Assembly (NCBI RefSeq): GCF_056712565.1
Contig: NZ_CM160072.1
Length of the DNA: 64,000 bases
Direction: 5' to 3' (one strand)
Each line of letters begins with the position of its first letter. The stretch's first letter is position 1. The notes under the pieces are model-generated. The model was not told the origin of the DNA and made no database searches. It saw only the letters and a program-made list of their open reading frames with translations. The position numbers and the translations under genes were made by a program. Shown here piece after piece: positions 25,110 to 35,620 of this stretch.

Positions 25110-26135
25110 GTGATGCCTCAATCTCTCCCGGACACTACGCCGCCGAAAAGGCGTTTTCGCTGGCCAACAGGAATGCCGCAGCTGGCGGCACTGTTGCTGG
25201 TGCTGCTGGTTGATAGCCTGGTGGCCCCGCATTTCTGGCAGGTGGTGCTTCAGGATGGGCGTTTGTTCGGTAGCCCTATCGACATTCTTAACCGTGCGGC
25301 CCCCGTTGCGCTACTGGCGATTGGCATGACGCTGGTTATCGCCACTGGTGGGATTGATCTCTCCGTAGGGGCGGTGATGGCTATCGCCGGAGCCACAACG
25401 GCTGCGATGACGGTCGCGGGATTCAGCCTGCCAATTGTTTTGTTAAGCGCCCTGGGCACTGGCATCCTGGCAGGATTGTGGAACGGCATACTGGTAGCGA
25501 TCCTCAAAATTCAGCCGTTTGTCGCCACCCTGATCCTGATGGTCGCCGGGCGCGGCGTGGCGCAACTGATCACCTCCGGACAGATCGTCACATTTAACTC
25601 ACCGGATCTCTCCTGGTTCGGCAGTGGATCGCTGTTGTTCCTGCCAACGCCAGTCATTATTGCGGTGCTGACGCTTCTCCTGTTCTGGCTGTTGACCCGC
25701 AAAACGGCACTGGGGATGTTTATCGAAGCCGTTGGTATCAACATTCGGGCGGCAAAAAATGCCGGGGTAAACACGCGGATCATCGTCATGCTCACCTACG
25801 TGTTGAGCGGGCTATGTGCGGCGATTGCGGGCATTATTGTGGCGGCGGATATTCGCGGTGCCGATGCCAACAATGCCGGATTATGGCTGGAGCTGGACGC
25901 CATTCTTGCAGTGGTGATTGGCGGCGGATCGCTGATGGGCGGGCGCTTTAACCTGCTGCTTTCGGTGGTGGGGGCGCTGATTATTCAGGGAATGAACACC
26001 GGAATTTTGCTTTCTGGCTTTCCGCCGGAGATGAACCAGGTGGTGAAAGCGGTGGTGGTGCTTTGCGTGCTGATTGTCCAGTCGCAACGCTTTATCAGTC
26101 TGATTAAAGGGGTACGTAACCGTGATAAAACGTAA
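25110..26135 (+). CDS. ytfT: sugar ABC transporter permease
   Basis: ORF 25089-26135; probable GTG start at 25110 five nt after AAGGAGA; 341 aa. Confidence 0.8.
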   Translation: MMPQSLPDTTPPKRRFRWPTGMPQLAALLLVLLVDSLVAPHFWQVVLQDGRLFGSPIDILNRAAPVALLAIGMTLVIATGGIDLSVGAVMAIAGATTAAMTVAGFSLPIVLLSALGTGILAGLWNGILVAILKIQPFVATLILMVAGRGVAQLITSGQIVTFNSPDLSWFGSGSLLFLPTPVIIAVLTLLLFWLLTRKTALGMFIEAVGINIRAAKNAGVNTRIIVMLTYVLSGLCAAIAGIIVAADIRGADANNAGLWLELDAILAVVIGGGSLMGGRFNLLLSVVGALIIQGMNTGILLSGFPPEMNQVVKAVVVLCVLIVQSQRFISLIKGVRNRDKT

Positions 26136-27117
26136 TTTGCCACTGATGATCACCATCGGCGTCTTTGTGTTGGGTTATATCTACTGTCTGACCCAGTTTC
26201 CCGGTTTTGCTTCCACAAGAGTGATCTGCAATATCCTGACCGATAATGCCTTTCTTGGGATAATCGCCGTTGGCATGACCTTTGTGATCCTCTCCGGTGG
26301 GATCGATCTCTCCGTCGGTTCGGTGATCGCCTTTACCGGCGTGTTTCTGGCAAAAGTGATTGGCGATTTCGGCCTCTCGCCGCTGCTGGCGTTTCCGCTG
26401 GTGTTGGTGATGGGCTGTGCCTTCGGCGCATTTATGGGGCTTCTGATTGATGCCCTGAAGATCCCGGCGTTTATCATTACCCTTGCGGGAATGTTCTTTT
26501 TGCGTGGCGTCAGCTATCTCGTTTCGGAAGAGTCGATCCCGATAAACCATCCTGTTTATGACACGCTCTCAAGCCTTGCGTGGAAAATCCCTGGCGGTGG
26601 TCGCTTAAGTGCGATGGGACTACTGATGCTGGCGGTGGTGGTTATCGGCATATTACTCGCGCATCGTACCCGTTTTGGTAATCAGGTATACGCCATTGGC
26701 GGCAACGCAACGTCGGCAAACCTGATGGGGATTTCCACTCGCAGCACCACTATTCGCATTTATATGCTCTCCACCGGACTGGCAACGCTGGCGGGGATTG
26801 TCTTCTCGATTTATACCCAGGCCGGATATGCACTGGCGGGCGTAGGTGTGGAACTGGATGCTATCGCCTCAGTGGTAATTGGCGGTACGCTTTTGAGTGG
26901 TGGCGTTGGAACGGTATTAGGGACGCTTTTTGGCGTGGCGATTCAGGGACTGATTCAGACTTACATAAACTTTGATGGCACGCTGAGTTCCTGGTGGACG
27001 AAAATCGCCATCGGTATTTTGTTGTTTATTTTTATAGCATTACAGCGTGGATTAACGGTGCTGTGGGAGAATCGTCAGAGTTCGCCAGTGACAAGAGTCA
27101 ACATTGCGCAGCGATAA
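26122..27117 (+). CDS. yjfF: sugar ABC transporter permease
   Basis: 331-aa ORF overlapping ytfT 3' end by 14 bp. Confidence 0.85.
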   Translation: MIKRNLPLMITIGVFVLGYIYCLTQFPGFASTRVICNILTDNAFLGIIAVGMTFVILSGGIDLSVGSVIAFTGVFLAKVIGDFGLSPLLAFPLVLVMGCAFGAFMGLLIDALKIPAFIITLAGMFFLRGVSYLVSEESIPINHPVYDTLSSLAWKIPGGGRLSAMGLLMLAVVVIGILLAHRTRFGNQVYAIGGNATSANLMGISTRSTTIRIYMLSTGLATLAGIVFSIYTQAGYALAGVGVELDAIASVVIGGTLLSGGVGTVLGTLFGVAIQGLIQTYINFDGTLSSWWTKIAIGILLFIFIALQRGLTVLWENRQSSPVTRVNIAQR

Positions 27118-27149
27118 AAACGCCTCTCCGTGTGGAGAGGCGCAGGAGC

Positions 27150-28148
27150 TTACGCGTCCGGGAACTCACGGATAAAGCGTTCGACATCTTCAACCATATG
27201 GTCGTTGCCGACAAAGAACGAACGGCGCTGGTGCAGGGTTTCCGGGATAATATCCAGAATACGCTCTTTGCCATCGCTCGCTTTACCGCCCGCTTGTTCC
27301 GCCAGGAATGCCATCGGGTTGCACTCATACAGTAAACGTAGTTTACCGTCCGGGTGGCTGGCGGTGCTTGGGTAGAGATAAATACCGCCTTTCAGCAGGT
27401 TACGGTGGAAATCCGCGACCAGTGAACCGATATAACGTGAGGTATACGGGCGGTTGGTGGATTTATCTTCTTCCTGGCAGAATTTAATGTACTTCTTCAC
27501 CCCGTTCGGAAACTTAATGTAGTTTCCTTCGTTGATGGAGTAGGTTTTGCCTTTCTCCGGGAAGCGCATCCGTTCCTGGCACAGGCAGAAAACACCCAGC
27601 GAAGGATCATAAGTAAAGGCGTGAACACCGCATCCGGTGGTGTAAACCAGCATAGTAGAGGAGCCGTATACCACGTAACCTGCCGCAACCTGTTTGTTAC
27701 CAGGCTGGAGGAAATCTTCTTCCGTTACCGGCGTGCCAACAGGCGTAACGCGGCGGTAGATAGAGAAAATGGTACCGACAGAGACGTTAACATCGATGTT
27801 GGACGAGCCATCCAGTGGGTCCATCAGCACCACGTATTTTGCGTGTTCACAGCCTTCAAAGACGACAATCTCATCTTCTTCTTCAGAGGCAATGCCCGCA
27901 ACGATATCGCGTGCTTTCAGTGCGGCTTTCAGTTTCTCATTAGCGAACAGGTCGAGTTTCTGCTGAACCTCGCCCTGCACGTTCTCAGCACCGCTGGCAC
28001 CCAGGATATCAACCAGTCCTGCTTTGTTGATATCGCGATGGATAATCTTGGCGCCCAGTTTTATTGCCGACAGCAAAGCAGTGAGCTCACCGGTAGCATG
28101 AGAAAACTCGTGCTGCTTTTCGACAATAAATTCACCTAACGTTTTCAT
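27150..28148 (-). CDS. fbp: fructose-1,6-bisphosphatase class 1
   Basis: ORF 27150-28211 trimmed to Met at 28148 ([12 protein letters not shown]); 332 aa. Confidence 0.95.
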
Positions 28149-28323
28149 AAAACTTTCCCTGCAATGTTTATGGAGTAAAGCGACCGCAACAATCTTAACA
28201 AATAATCCCAATGTTGCGCTCAGGTGAATCGCGCCAGCAAATTACGGATTATCCTGAAATGCGTTTCTCACTTGCCCGACATATGCGTAAAATGAGCGCC
28301 AGATTAAAAAAGGATAGTGACGT

Positions 28324-29697
28324 ATGCGCATTCATATTTTAGGAATTTGTGGCACGTTTATGGGCGGTCTGGCGATGCTGGCGCGCCAGTTAGGCCATGA
28401 AGTAACGGGTTCGGACGCCAATGTGTATCCGCCGATGAGCACCTTACTTGAGAAGCAAGGCATTGAACTGATTCAGGGTTACGATGCCAGCCAGCTCGAT
28501 CCACAGCCGGATCTGGTGATTATTGGTAACGCCATGACCCGTGGAAATCCGTGTGTGGAAGCGGTACTGGAAAAAAACATCCCTTATATGTCAGGTCCGC
28601 AGTGGCTGCACGATTTTGTGCTGCGCGACCGCTGGGTGCTGGCCGTTGCCGGTACACACGGCAAAACCACCACGGCGGGAATGGCGACCTGGATTCTGGA
28701 ACAGTGTGGTTACAAACCGGGATTTGTGATCGGTGGTGTGCCGGGGAACTTTGAGGTTTCGGCGCGTCTGGGCGAAAGCGACTTCTTTGTTATCGAAGCG
28801 GATGAGTACGACTGCGCCTTCTTCGACAAACGCTCTAAATTTGTCCATTACTGCCCGCGTACGCTGATCCTCAACAACCTTGAGTTCGATCACGCCGATA
28901 TCTTTGACGACCTGAAAGCGATCCAGAAACAGTTCCACCATCTGGTGCGTATCGTTCCGGGGCAGGGGCGTATTATCTGGCCGGAAAACGACATCAACCT
29001 GAAACAAACCATGGCGATGGGCTGCTGGAGCGAGCAGGAGCTGGTGGGCGAGCAGGGGCACTGGCAGGCGAAAAAGCTGACCACCGATGCTTCCGAATGG
29101 GAAGTCTTGCTGGATGGCGAAAAAGTGGGCGAAGTGAAATGGTCGCTGGTAGGCGAACATAATATGCACAATGGCCTGATGGCGATTGCAGCGGCTCGCC
29201 ATGTTGGTGTAGCGCCGGCAGATGCCGCTAACGCGCTGGGTTCGTTTATTAACGCTCGTCGCCGTCTGGAGTTGCGTGGTGAAGCGAATGGCGTCACGGT
29301 ATATGACGATTTTGCCCATCACCCGACGGCGATTCTGGCAACGCTTGCGGCGCTGCGTGGCAAAGTTGGTGGTACGGCGCGCATTATTGCCGTGCTGGAA
29401 CCTCGCTCGAATACCATGAAAATGGGGATCTGCAAAGACGATCTGGCACCTTCATTAGGTCGTGCCGATGAAGTCTTCCTGCTGCAACCGGCACATATTC
29501 CGTGGCAGGTGGCAGAAGTGGCAGAAGCCTGCGTTCAGCCTGCACACTGGAGCGGCGATGTGGATACGCTGGCAGATATGGTGGTGAAAACCGCTCAGCC
29601 TGGCGACCATATTCTGGTGATGAGCAACGGCGGTTTTGGTGGTATTCATCAGAAACTGCTGGATGGTCTGGCGAAGAAAGCGGAAGCTGCGCAGTAA
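28324..29697 (+). CDS. mpl: UDP-N-acetylmuramate:L-alanyl-gamma-D-glutamyl-meso-DAP ligase
   Basis: 457-aa ORF; Mur ligase motifs (GTHGKTTT). Confidence 0.9.
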   Translation: MRIHILGICGTFMGGLAMLARQLGHEVTGSDANVYPPMSTLLEKQGIELIQGYDASQLDPQPDLVIIGNAMTRGNPCVEAVLEKNIPYMSGPQWLHDFVLRDRWVLAVAGTHGKTTTAGMATWILEQCGYKPGFVIGGVPGNFEVSARLGESDFFVIEADEYDCAFFDKRSKFVHYCPRTLILNNLEFDHADIFDDLKAIQKQFHHLVRIVPGQGRIIWPENDINLKQTMAMGCWSEQELVGEQGHWQAKKLTTDASEWEVLLDGEKVGEVKWSLVGEHNMHNGLMAIAAARHVGVAPADAANALGSFINARRRLELRGEANGVTVYDDFAHHPTAILATLAALRGKVGGTARIIAVLEPRSNTMKMGICKDDLAPSLGRADEVFLLQPAHIPWQVAEVAEACVQPAHWSGDVDTLADMVVKTAQPGDHILVMSNGGFGGIHQKLLDGLAKKAEAAQ

Positions 29698-29704
29698 TTC
29701 ACAG

Positions 29705-29825
29705 CCTCAGCCTGATAGAGTGTGTGTAGGCCGGATAAGGCGTTCACGCCGCATCCGGCATTTGAGCATAGTGCCTGATGCGACGCTTGATGCGTCTTAT
29801 CAGGCCTACAGGTGCACCGCATCCG
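29705..29825. repeat. REP elements
   Basis: GTAGGCCGGATAAGGCG / GCCTGATGCGACGC units between mpl and yjgA. Confidence 0.6.
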
Positions 29826-29854
29826 GCAAACCATACTCACATCAACAACGAAAA

Positions 29855-30406
29855 TTACCCTTCGTTTTCCGCTAACTCACGCAGATACTGGAAAATCTGG
29901 CGCGCGGATTTCGGCGGCTTATTCCCTTCTTTCTCTTTCTTCGCGTTACGGATCAGAGTACGCAGTTGCTGACGATCGGCATCGGGCCACAGATTCAATA
30001 CTTCAGCGATGGCGTCATCACCCTGGTCGATCAGACGATCGCGCAGGTTTTCCAGTTTATGGAACAACACCACTTGCTGGTTGTGGCGGTTTTTCAGCTT
30101 ATCCAGCGCCTGACGGATCGGTTCTACGTCGCGCTGGCGCAGCATCTTACCGATGAGCTGCAACTGGCGGCGGCGACCTTCCATCTTAATACGCTGGGCG
30201 AGCTCAATAGCCGCGCGCAGATCCGCATCTAACGGGATCTTATCCAGCGCGTTTTTCCCCAGATCAACAATTTCCGCGCCAAGGCGTTTTAGCTCCTCGG
30301 CATCACGTTTAATTTCACTTTTACTGACCCAGATAATTTCATCGTCTTCGTCTTCGATGTCATCACCGGGAACGTCGTCGAGCCAGTCTTCGGGCTGCTT
30401 AGTCAT
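29855..30406 (-). CDS. yjgA: ribosome-associated protein YjgA (DUF615)
   Basis: 183-aa ORF, acidic N-terminus. Confidence 0.85.
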
Positions 30407-30499
30407 CTCAGGCTCCTTAAAAAAAGAGGCTAATGTTACCAGTTAAGATGCGCACTGAAAAACGGTTCTCTGTTAGACTTCAGAGAAACTCTCTACATT

Positions 30500-31852
30500 A
30501 TGGCACTTGCAATGAAAGTAATCTCTCAAGTTGAAGCGCAGCGCAAGATTCTGGAAGAAGCAGTTTCGACTGCGCTGGAGTTGGCCTCAGGCAAATCGGA
30601 CGGTGCGGAAGTTGCCGTCAGCAAGACCACCGGCATTAGCGTAAGCACGCGTTATGGTGAAGTGGAGAATGTTGAATTCAATAGCGATGGCGCGCTGGGG
30701 ATCACCGTTTATCACCAGAACCGTAAAGGTAGCGCATCGTCTACCGATTTAAGCCCGCAGGCCATTGCCCGCACCGTACAGGCGGCGCTGGATATTGCCC
30801 GTTACACTTCGCCAGATCCGTATGCAGGCGTGGCAGACAAAGAACTGCTGGCCTTTGACGCACCGGATCTCGACTTGTTCCACCCTGCGGACGTTTCTCC
30901 GGATGAAGCCATTGAACTGGCGGCCCGCGCGGAACAGGCGGCATTGCAGGCGGACAAACGCATCACCAATACCGAAGGCGGTAGCTTTAACAGCCACTAC
31001 GGTGTCAAAGTTTTTGGCAACAGCCACGGCATGTTGCAGGGTTACTGCTCAACGCGTCATTCGCTCTCCAGTTGTGTAATCGCCGAAGAAAATGGCGATA
31101 TGGAGCGCGATTATGCCTACACCATTGGGCGTGCGATGAGCGATCTGCAAACGCCAGAGTGGGTTGGGGCCGACTGTGCGCGCCGTACTTTATCGCGCCT
31201 GTCACCGCGTAAACTTTCTACCATGAAAGCGCCGGTGATTTTTGCCAATGAAGTGGCAACAGGGTTGTTTGGTCATTTGGTGGGGGCGATAGCGGGTGGT
31301 GCGGTCTACCGTAAATCGACCTTCTTGCTCGACTCGCTCGGTACACAAATTCTGCCGGACTGGCTGACAATTGAAGAACATCCGCATCTGCTGAAAGGGC
31401 TGGCATCTACACCATTCGACAGCGAAGGTGTGCGCACCGAGCGCCGCGATATCGTCAAAGATGGCATCCTGACTCAGTGGCTGCTGACCAGCTATTCGGC
31501 GCGGAAACTGGGGCTGAAAAGCACCGGACATGCGGGCGGTATTCACAACTGGCGGATTGCCGGACAAGGGCTAAGCTTCGAACAAATGCTCAAAGAGATG
31601 GGCACCGGGCTGGTGGTGACGGAGCTGATGGGCCAGGGCGTGAGTGCCATTACCGGTGATTATTCCCGTGGTGCAGCGGGCTTCTGGGTAGAGAACGGCG
31701 AAATTCAGTATCCGGTGAGCGAAATCACCATCGCTGGTAATTTAAAAGATATGTGGCGCAATATTGTCACCGTCGGTAACGATATTGAAACACGCAGTAA
31801 TATACAGTGTGGTTCTGTGCTGTTGCCGGAGATGAAAATCGCCGGGCAGTAA
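30500..31852 (+). CDS. pmbA: metalloprotease PmbA/TldE
   Basis: 450-aa ORF. Confidence 0.9.
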   Translation: MALAMKVISQVEAQRKILEEAVSTALELASGKSDGAEVAVSKTTGISVSTRYGEVENVEFNSDGALGITVYHQNRKGSASSTDLSPQAIARTVQAALDIARYTSPDPYAGVADKELLAFDAPDLDLFHPADVSPDEAIELAARAEQAALQADKRITNTEGGSFNSHYGVKVFGNSHGMLQGYCSTRHSLSSCVIAEENGDMERDYAYTIGRAMSDLQTPEWVGADCARRTLSRLSPRKLSTMKAPVIFANEVATGLFGHLVGAIAGGAVYRKSTFLLDSLGTQILPDWLTIEEHPHLLKGLASTPFDSEGVRTERRDIVKDGILTQWLLTSYSARKLGLKSTGHAGGIHNWRIAGQGLSFEQMLKEMGTGLVVTELMGQGVSAITGDYSRGAAGFWVENGEIQYPVSEITIAGNLKDMWRNIVTVGNDIETRSNIQCGSVLLPEMKIAGQ

Positions 31853-31894
31853 AAAAACTGGCGCGTCCTGCCGCGCTATAAACTAAAAAATTAC

Positions 31895-32010
31895 ACAAAA
31901 TCATTCGCACTGCATCGAGACGGAAAGTGAATGAGAGCAGGGGAGCGTACTCGTAGTACGTGACTCGGGCGAATGAGCGTAGCCGTCGATGAGGCAGTGT
32001 GAAGGATGAA
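31895..32010. repeat. ERIC/IRU-like imperfect palindromic intergenic element (diverged)
   Basis: GTGAATgagagcAGGGGAGCgTACtcgtAGTACGTGACTCGGGcGAatGAGCG resembles ERIC core; central palindrome CGTACT-cgt-AGTACG; by-eye comparison to remembered consensus. Confidence 0.45.
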
Positions 32011-32032
32011 GTGTAAATAAAAAAGGAAGTGA

Positions 32033-32422
<390 letters not shown>

Positions 32423-32466
32423 TTCTTTATTTCCCTGTTGCCTGCACTCAGGTAACAGGGAACTTA

Positions 32467-32931
32467 TCATCGCAAATGATGCACCACCTGATTGCTGCTG
32501 CCGCGCCAGATCAGGGAAGGGTCTTTTAAATCCTGCACAAATTTGCCGTCGACCAGCACGTTAATCAAATCAACAACCTGCATTTGCGCAGCGTTGAGTT
32601 CGTCGAGTTTATAGCCTGTCCACACCCAGATGTCTTTACCCGGACACTCGGCGCGGATGCGTTGTACCAGTTTCAGAATATCCGGCACGTTTTGCGGATG
32701 TAGCGGATCGCCGCCGGAGAGGGAAATACCCTGGCGTTTGATACGAGTGTCATTCAGATCGTTAATGATCTGGTCTTCCATTGCTTTGGTAAATGGCTGA
32801 CCGGAATTTACCCGCCAGGTGCTTTTGTTATAGCAACCGGGGCATTCATGAACACACCCGGAGACAAACAGGGTGCAGCGAGTGCCGGGGCCGTTGACGA
32901 TGTCGACAGGATAGTACTGATGATAGTTCAT
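32467..32931 (-). CDS. nrdG: anaerobic ribonucleotide reductase activating protein (radical SAM)
   Basis: 154-aa ORF; CxxxCxxC cluster motif. Confidence 0.9.
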   Translation of the reverse strand: MNYHQYYPVDIVNGPGTRCTLFVSGCVHECPGCYNKSTWRVNSGQPFTKAMEDQIINDLNDTRIKRQGISLSGGDPLHPQNVPDILKLVQRIRAECPGKDIWVWTGYKLDELNAAQMQVVDLINVLVDGKFVQDLKDPSLIWRGSSNQVVHHLR

Positions 32932-32944
32932 TATTTCACTTGGC

Positions 32945-33070
<126 letters not shown>

Positions 33071-33088
33071 CTTAACACAGAGTGAAGA

Positions 33089-35227
33089 TTAACCTATCTG
33101 CCCATTTCCCAAATGTTTAACGCGGCGCTTAACTTCTTCCTGCTTACCAGCGTTAAACGGACGTGCATCCGGGCTACCTAAATATCCGCACACGCGGCGA
33201 GTCACCGACACACGGGAGGTGTCATGGTTACCACATTTCGGACAAGTGAAGCCTTTGCTGGTGCACTCAAATTCGCCGGTAAAGCCACACTCGTAGCATT
33301 CATCGATCGGTGTGTTGGTGCCGTAATACGGTACATGCTGATAGCTGTAATCCCAGACATCTTCCAGCGCCTTCAGGTTGTGCTGAATGTTTGGATACTC
33401 GCCATAGCAAATGAAGCCACCGTTCGCCAGTGGCGGGTAAGGCGCTTCAAAGTCGATCTTGTCGTACGGGTTCACCTTCTTCTCCACATCGAGGTGGAAA
33501 CTGTTGGTGTAGTAACCTTTATCGGTCACGCCCGGCACCACGCCAAACTCAGCGGTATCGAGACGGCAGAAGCGGTCACACAGGTTCTCACTCGGCGTAC
33601 TGTAGAGGCTGAAACCGTAGCCAGTTTCTTCTTTCCACTGATCCACCGCCTGACGCAGACGCTCAACAATCGCAATACCTTTCGCGCGCAGCTGCTCGTT
33701 GTCGTAAACATGCTCGCCGCCGAACAGCGCGTTAATGGTTTCGTGGATGCCGATGTAACCCAGCGAAATAGACGCACGACCGTTTTTGAAGATTTCAGAA
33801 ACGTCGTCGTCAGCATTCAGACGCACGCCACAAGCGCCTTCCATATAGAGGATCGGGGCTACGCGCGCTTTCACGCCTTCGAGACGAGCGATACGGGTCA
33901 TCAGCGCCTTACGTGCCAACACCAGACGTTCATCCAGCAGCTTCCAGAAGGTGGCTTCATCGCCTTTTGCTTCCAGAGCAATACGCGGCAGGTTCAGGCT
34001 GATCACGCCGAGGTTGTTACGACCATCGTGGATCTGCTCGCCGTTTTCATTTTCCCACACGCCGAGGAAGCTGCGGCAGCCCATCGGGGTTTTAAACGAA
34101 CCGGTGACTTTCACTACCTGATCGTAGTTCAGGATATCCGGATACATGCGCTTGCTTGCGCACTCCAGCGCCAGCTGTTTGATGTCGTAGTTCGGATCGC
34201 CTTTTTTATGGTTCAGGCCATCGCGAATCGCAAACACCAGTTTCGGGAACACCGCCGTTTTACGGTTTTTACCGAGGCCTGCGATACGGTTACGCAGGAT
34301 CGATTCCTGAATCAGGCGCGATTCCCAGCTGGTGCCCAGACCAAAACCAAAGGTTACAAACGGCGTTTGACCGTTGGCGGTATGCAGGGTGTTTACTTCG
34401 TACTCCAGCGACTGGAAGGCATCGTAGCACTCTTTGATGGTACGAGAGTTAGCGTAGCCTTCGGCGTCCGGGATGTTCCACTCTTCTGCGGTCTTGCGAT
34501 GTTTGTTGTAGCTGGCGGTGACAAACGGTGCCAGCACTTCATCGATACGGTTAATGGTGGTGCCGCCATAAATATGGCTGGCGACCTGAGCAATAATCTG
34601 CGCAGTTACCGCGGTTGCCGTAGAGATCGACTTCGGCGGTTCAATCTCGGCGTTCCCCATTTTAAAGCCCTGGGTCAGCATGCCTTTCAGGTCGATCAAC
34701 ATGCAGTTGAACATCGGGAAGAACGGCGAGTAATCGAGATCGTGATAGTGAATATCGCCACGCTCATGTGCCTGCACCACGTCACGCGGCAGCAGGTGCT
34801 GGCGTGCATAGTGTTTAGCCACGATCCCGGCCAGCAGGTCGCGCTGGGTTGGAATCACCTTGCTGTCTTTGTTGGCGTTTTCGTTGAGTAACGAGGAGTT
34901 GGTCTGCTCGACCAGACCACGGATCTCCTGGTTCAGGCGACCGCGTTTTTCACGTTCAATGTCGCGATCGTGACGGTACTCGATGTAGGCACGAGCCAGT
35001 TGTTTGTATGGCCCCGACATCAGCTGGTTTTCAACTGCGGTCTGGATCTCATTGATATCCACTTGGTTGCGGCCCTGCATCTGCTCGCTGACAACCGCAG
35101 CAACAGTGGCGCAATAATCGGCATCATCGACTTCCGCTGCTTTAGCTGCACGCAGAATCGCTTCTTTGATGCGCTCTGATTTAAACGGCACTTTGCAGCC
35201 GTCTCGTTTCATCACATGCGGTGTCAT
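33089..35227 (-). CDS. nrdD: anaerobic ribonucleoside-triphosphate reductase (class III)
   Basis: 712-aa ORF; C-terminal glycyl radical motif. Confidence 0.95.
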   Translation of the reverse strand: MTPHVMKRDGCKVPFKSERIKEAILRAAKAAEVDDADYCATVAAVVSEQMQGRNQVDINEIQTAVENQLMSGPYKQLARAYIEYRHDRDIEREKRGRLNQEIRGLVEQTNSSLLNENANKDSKVIPTQRDLLAGIVAKHYARQHLLPRDVVQAHERGDIHYHDLDYSPFFPMFNCMLIDLKGMLTQGFKMGNAEIEPPKSISTATAVTAQIIAQVASHIYGGTTINRIDEVLAPFVTASYNKHRKTAEEWNIPDAEGYANSRTIKECYDAFQSLEYEVNTLHTANGQTPFVTFGFGLGTSWESRLIQESILRNRIAGLGKNRKTAVFPKLVFAIRDGLNHKKGDPNYDIKQLALECASKRMYPDILNYDQVVKVTGSFKTPMGCRSFLGVWENENGEQIHDGRNNLGVISLNLPRIALEAKGDEATFWKLLDERLVLARKALMTRIARLEGVKARVAPILYMEGACGVRLNADDDVSEIFKNGRASISLGYIGIHETINALFGGEHVYDNEQLRAKGIAIVERLRQAVDQWKEETGYGFSLYSTPSENLCDRFCRLDTAEFGVVPGVTDKGYYTNSFHLDVEKKVNPYDKIDFEAPYPPLANGGFICYGEYPNIQHNLKALEDVWDYSYQHVPYYGTNTPIDECYECGFTGEFECTSKGFTCPKCGNHDTSRVSVTRRVCGYLGSPDARPFNAGKQEEVKRRVKHLGNGQIG

Positions 35228-35462
35228 GATCGCTCCATATTTTTAAGAACAGGTTATCCACAGAAATTGGGAAAGGCGTTTTCCGGTTTTTTCGTTTCGT
35301 TTTCCGGTGCTTTCCGCAATCGCCATCCGCTTATCCACAACGCCGCACCTTTTTCGTGGGGAGCTGTAGTAGCAATTATAGTCGATTAATACAACATATT
35401 GGGTTGGGACGCATTTTAAAGTCTATATATAGTGCTTTGCATCAAGGATGTTTGAACTTTTT

Positions 35463-35476
35463 TTGATGTAGCTCAA
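35463..35476. promoter_or_regulatory. FNR-like site TTGAT-N4-cTCAA upstream of nrdD
   Basis: TTGATGTAGCTCAA, one mismatch to TTGAT-N4-ATCAA; nrdDG is known to be FNR-activated. Confidence 0.35.
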
Positions 35477-35578
35477 AGTAAAAAGCAGAGCGTACGGATG
35501 ACGGGCGCTACAGCGATATGTAAATTTTTTAATGAATTTTTTGATTATAAAATCAACAAAAACAACATGCTGACAGGC

Positions 35579-35609
35579 AAAACCCCGGAATGACAGGCAT
35601 TACCGGGGC
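35579..35609 (-). terminator. intrinsic terminator after treC
   Basis: On minus strand CCCCGG-taatgcctgtcatt-CCGGGG followed by TTTT. Confidence 0.5.
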
Positions 35610-35620
35610 TTAGCGAAGAT

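Noticed and set aside
33224-34891. 555-aa plus-strand ORF and many other long ORFs antisense to real genes (e.g. 19076-20386 in tamB, 55630-56880 and 56956-57804 in valS, 16188-17123 in tamA, 4861-5556 in cycA, 51659-52549 in argI, 28591-29322 in mpl)
   Set aside because: They lie entirely inside well-supported genes on the opposite strand, have no recognisable protein features and odd Arg/His/Gln-rich composition; typical shadow ORFs.
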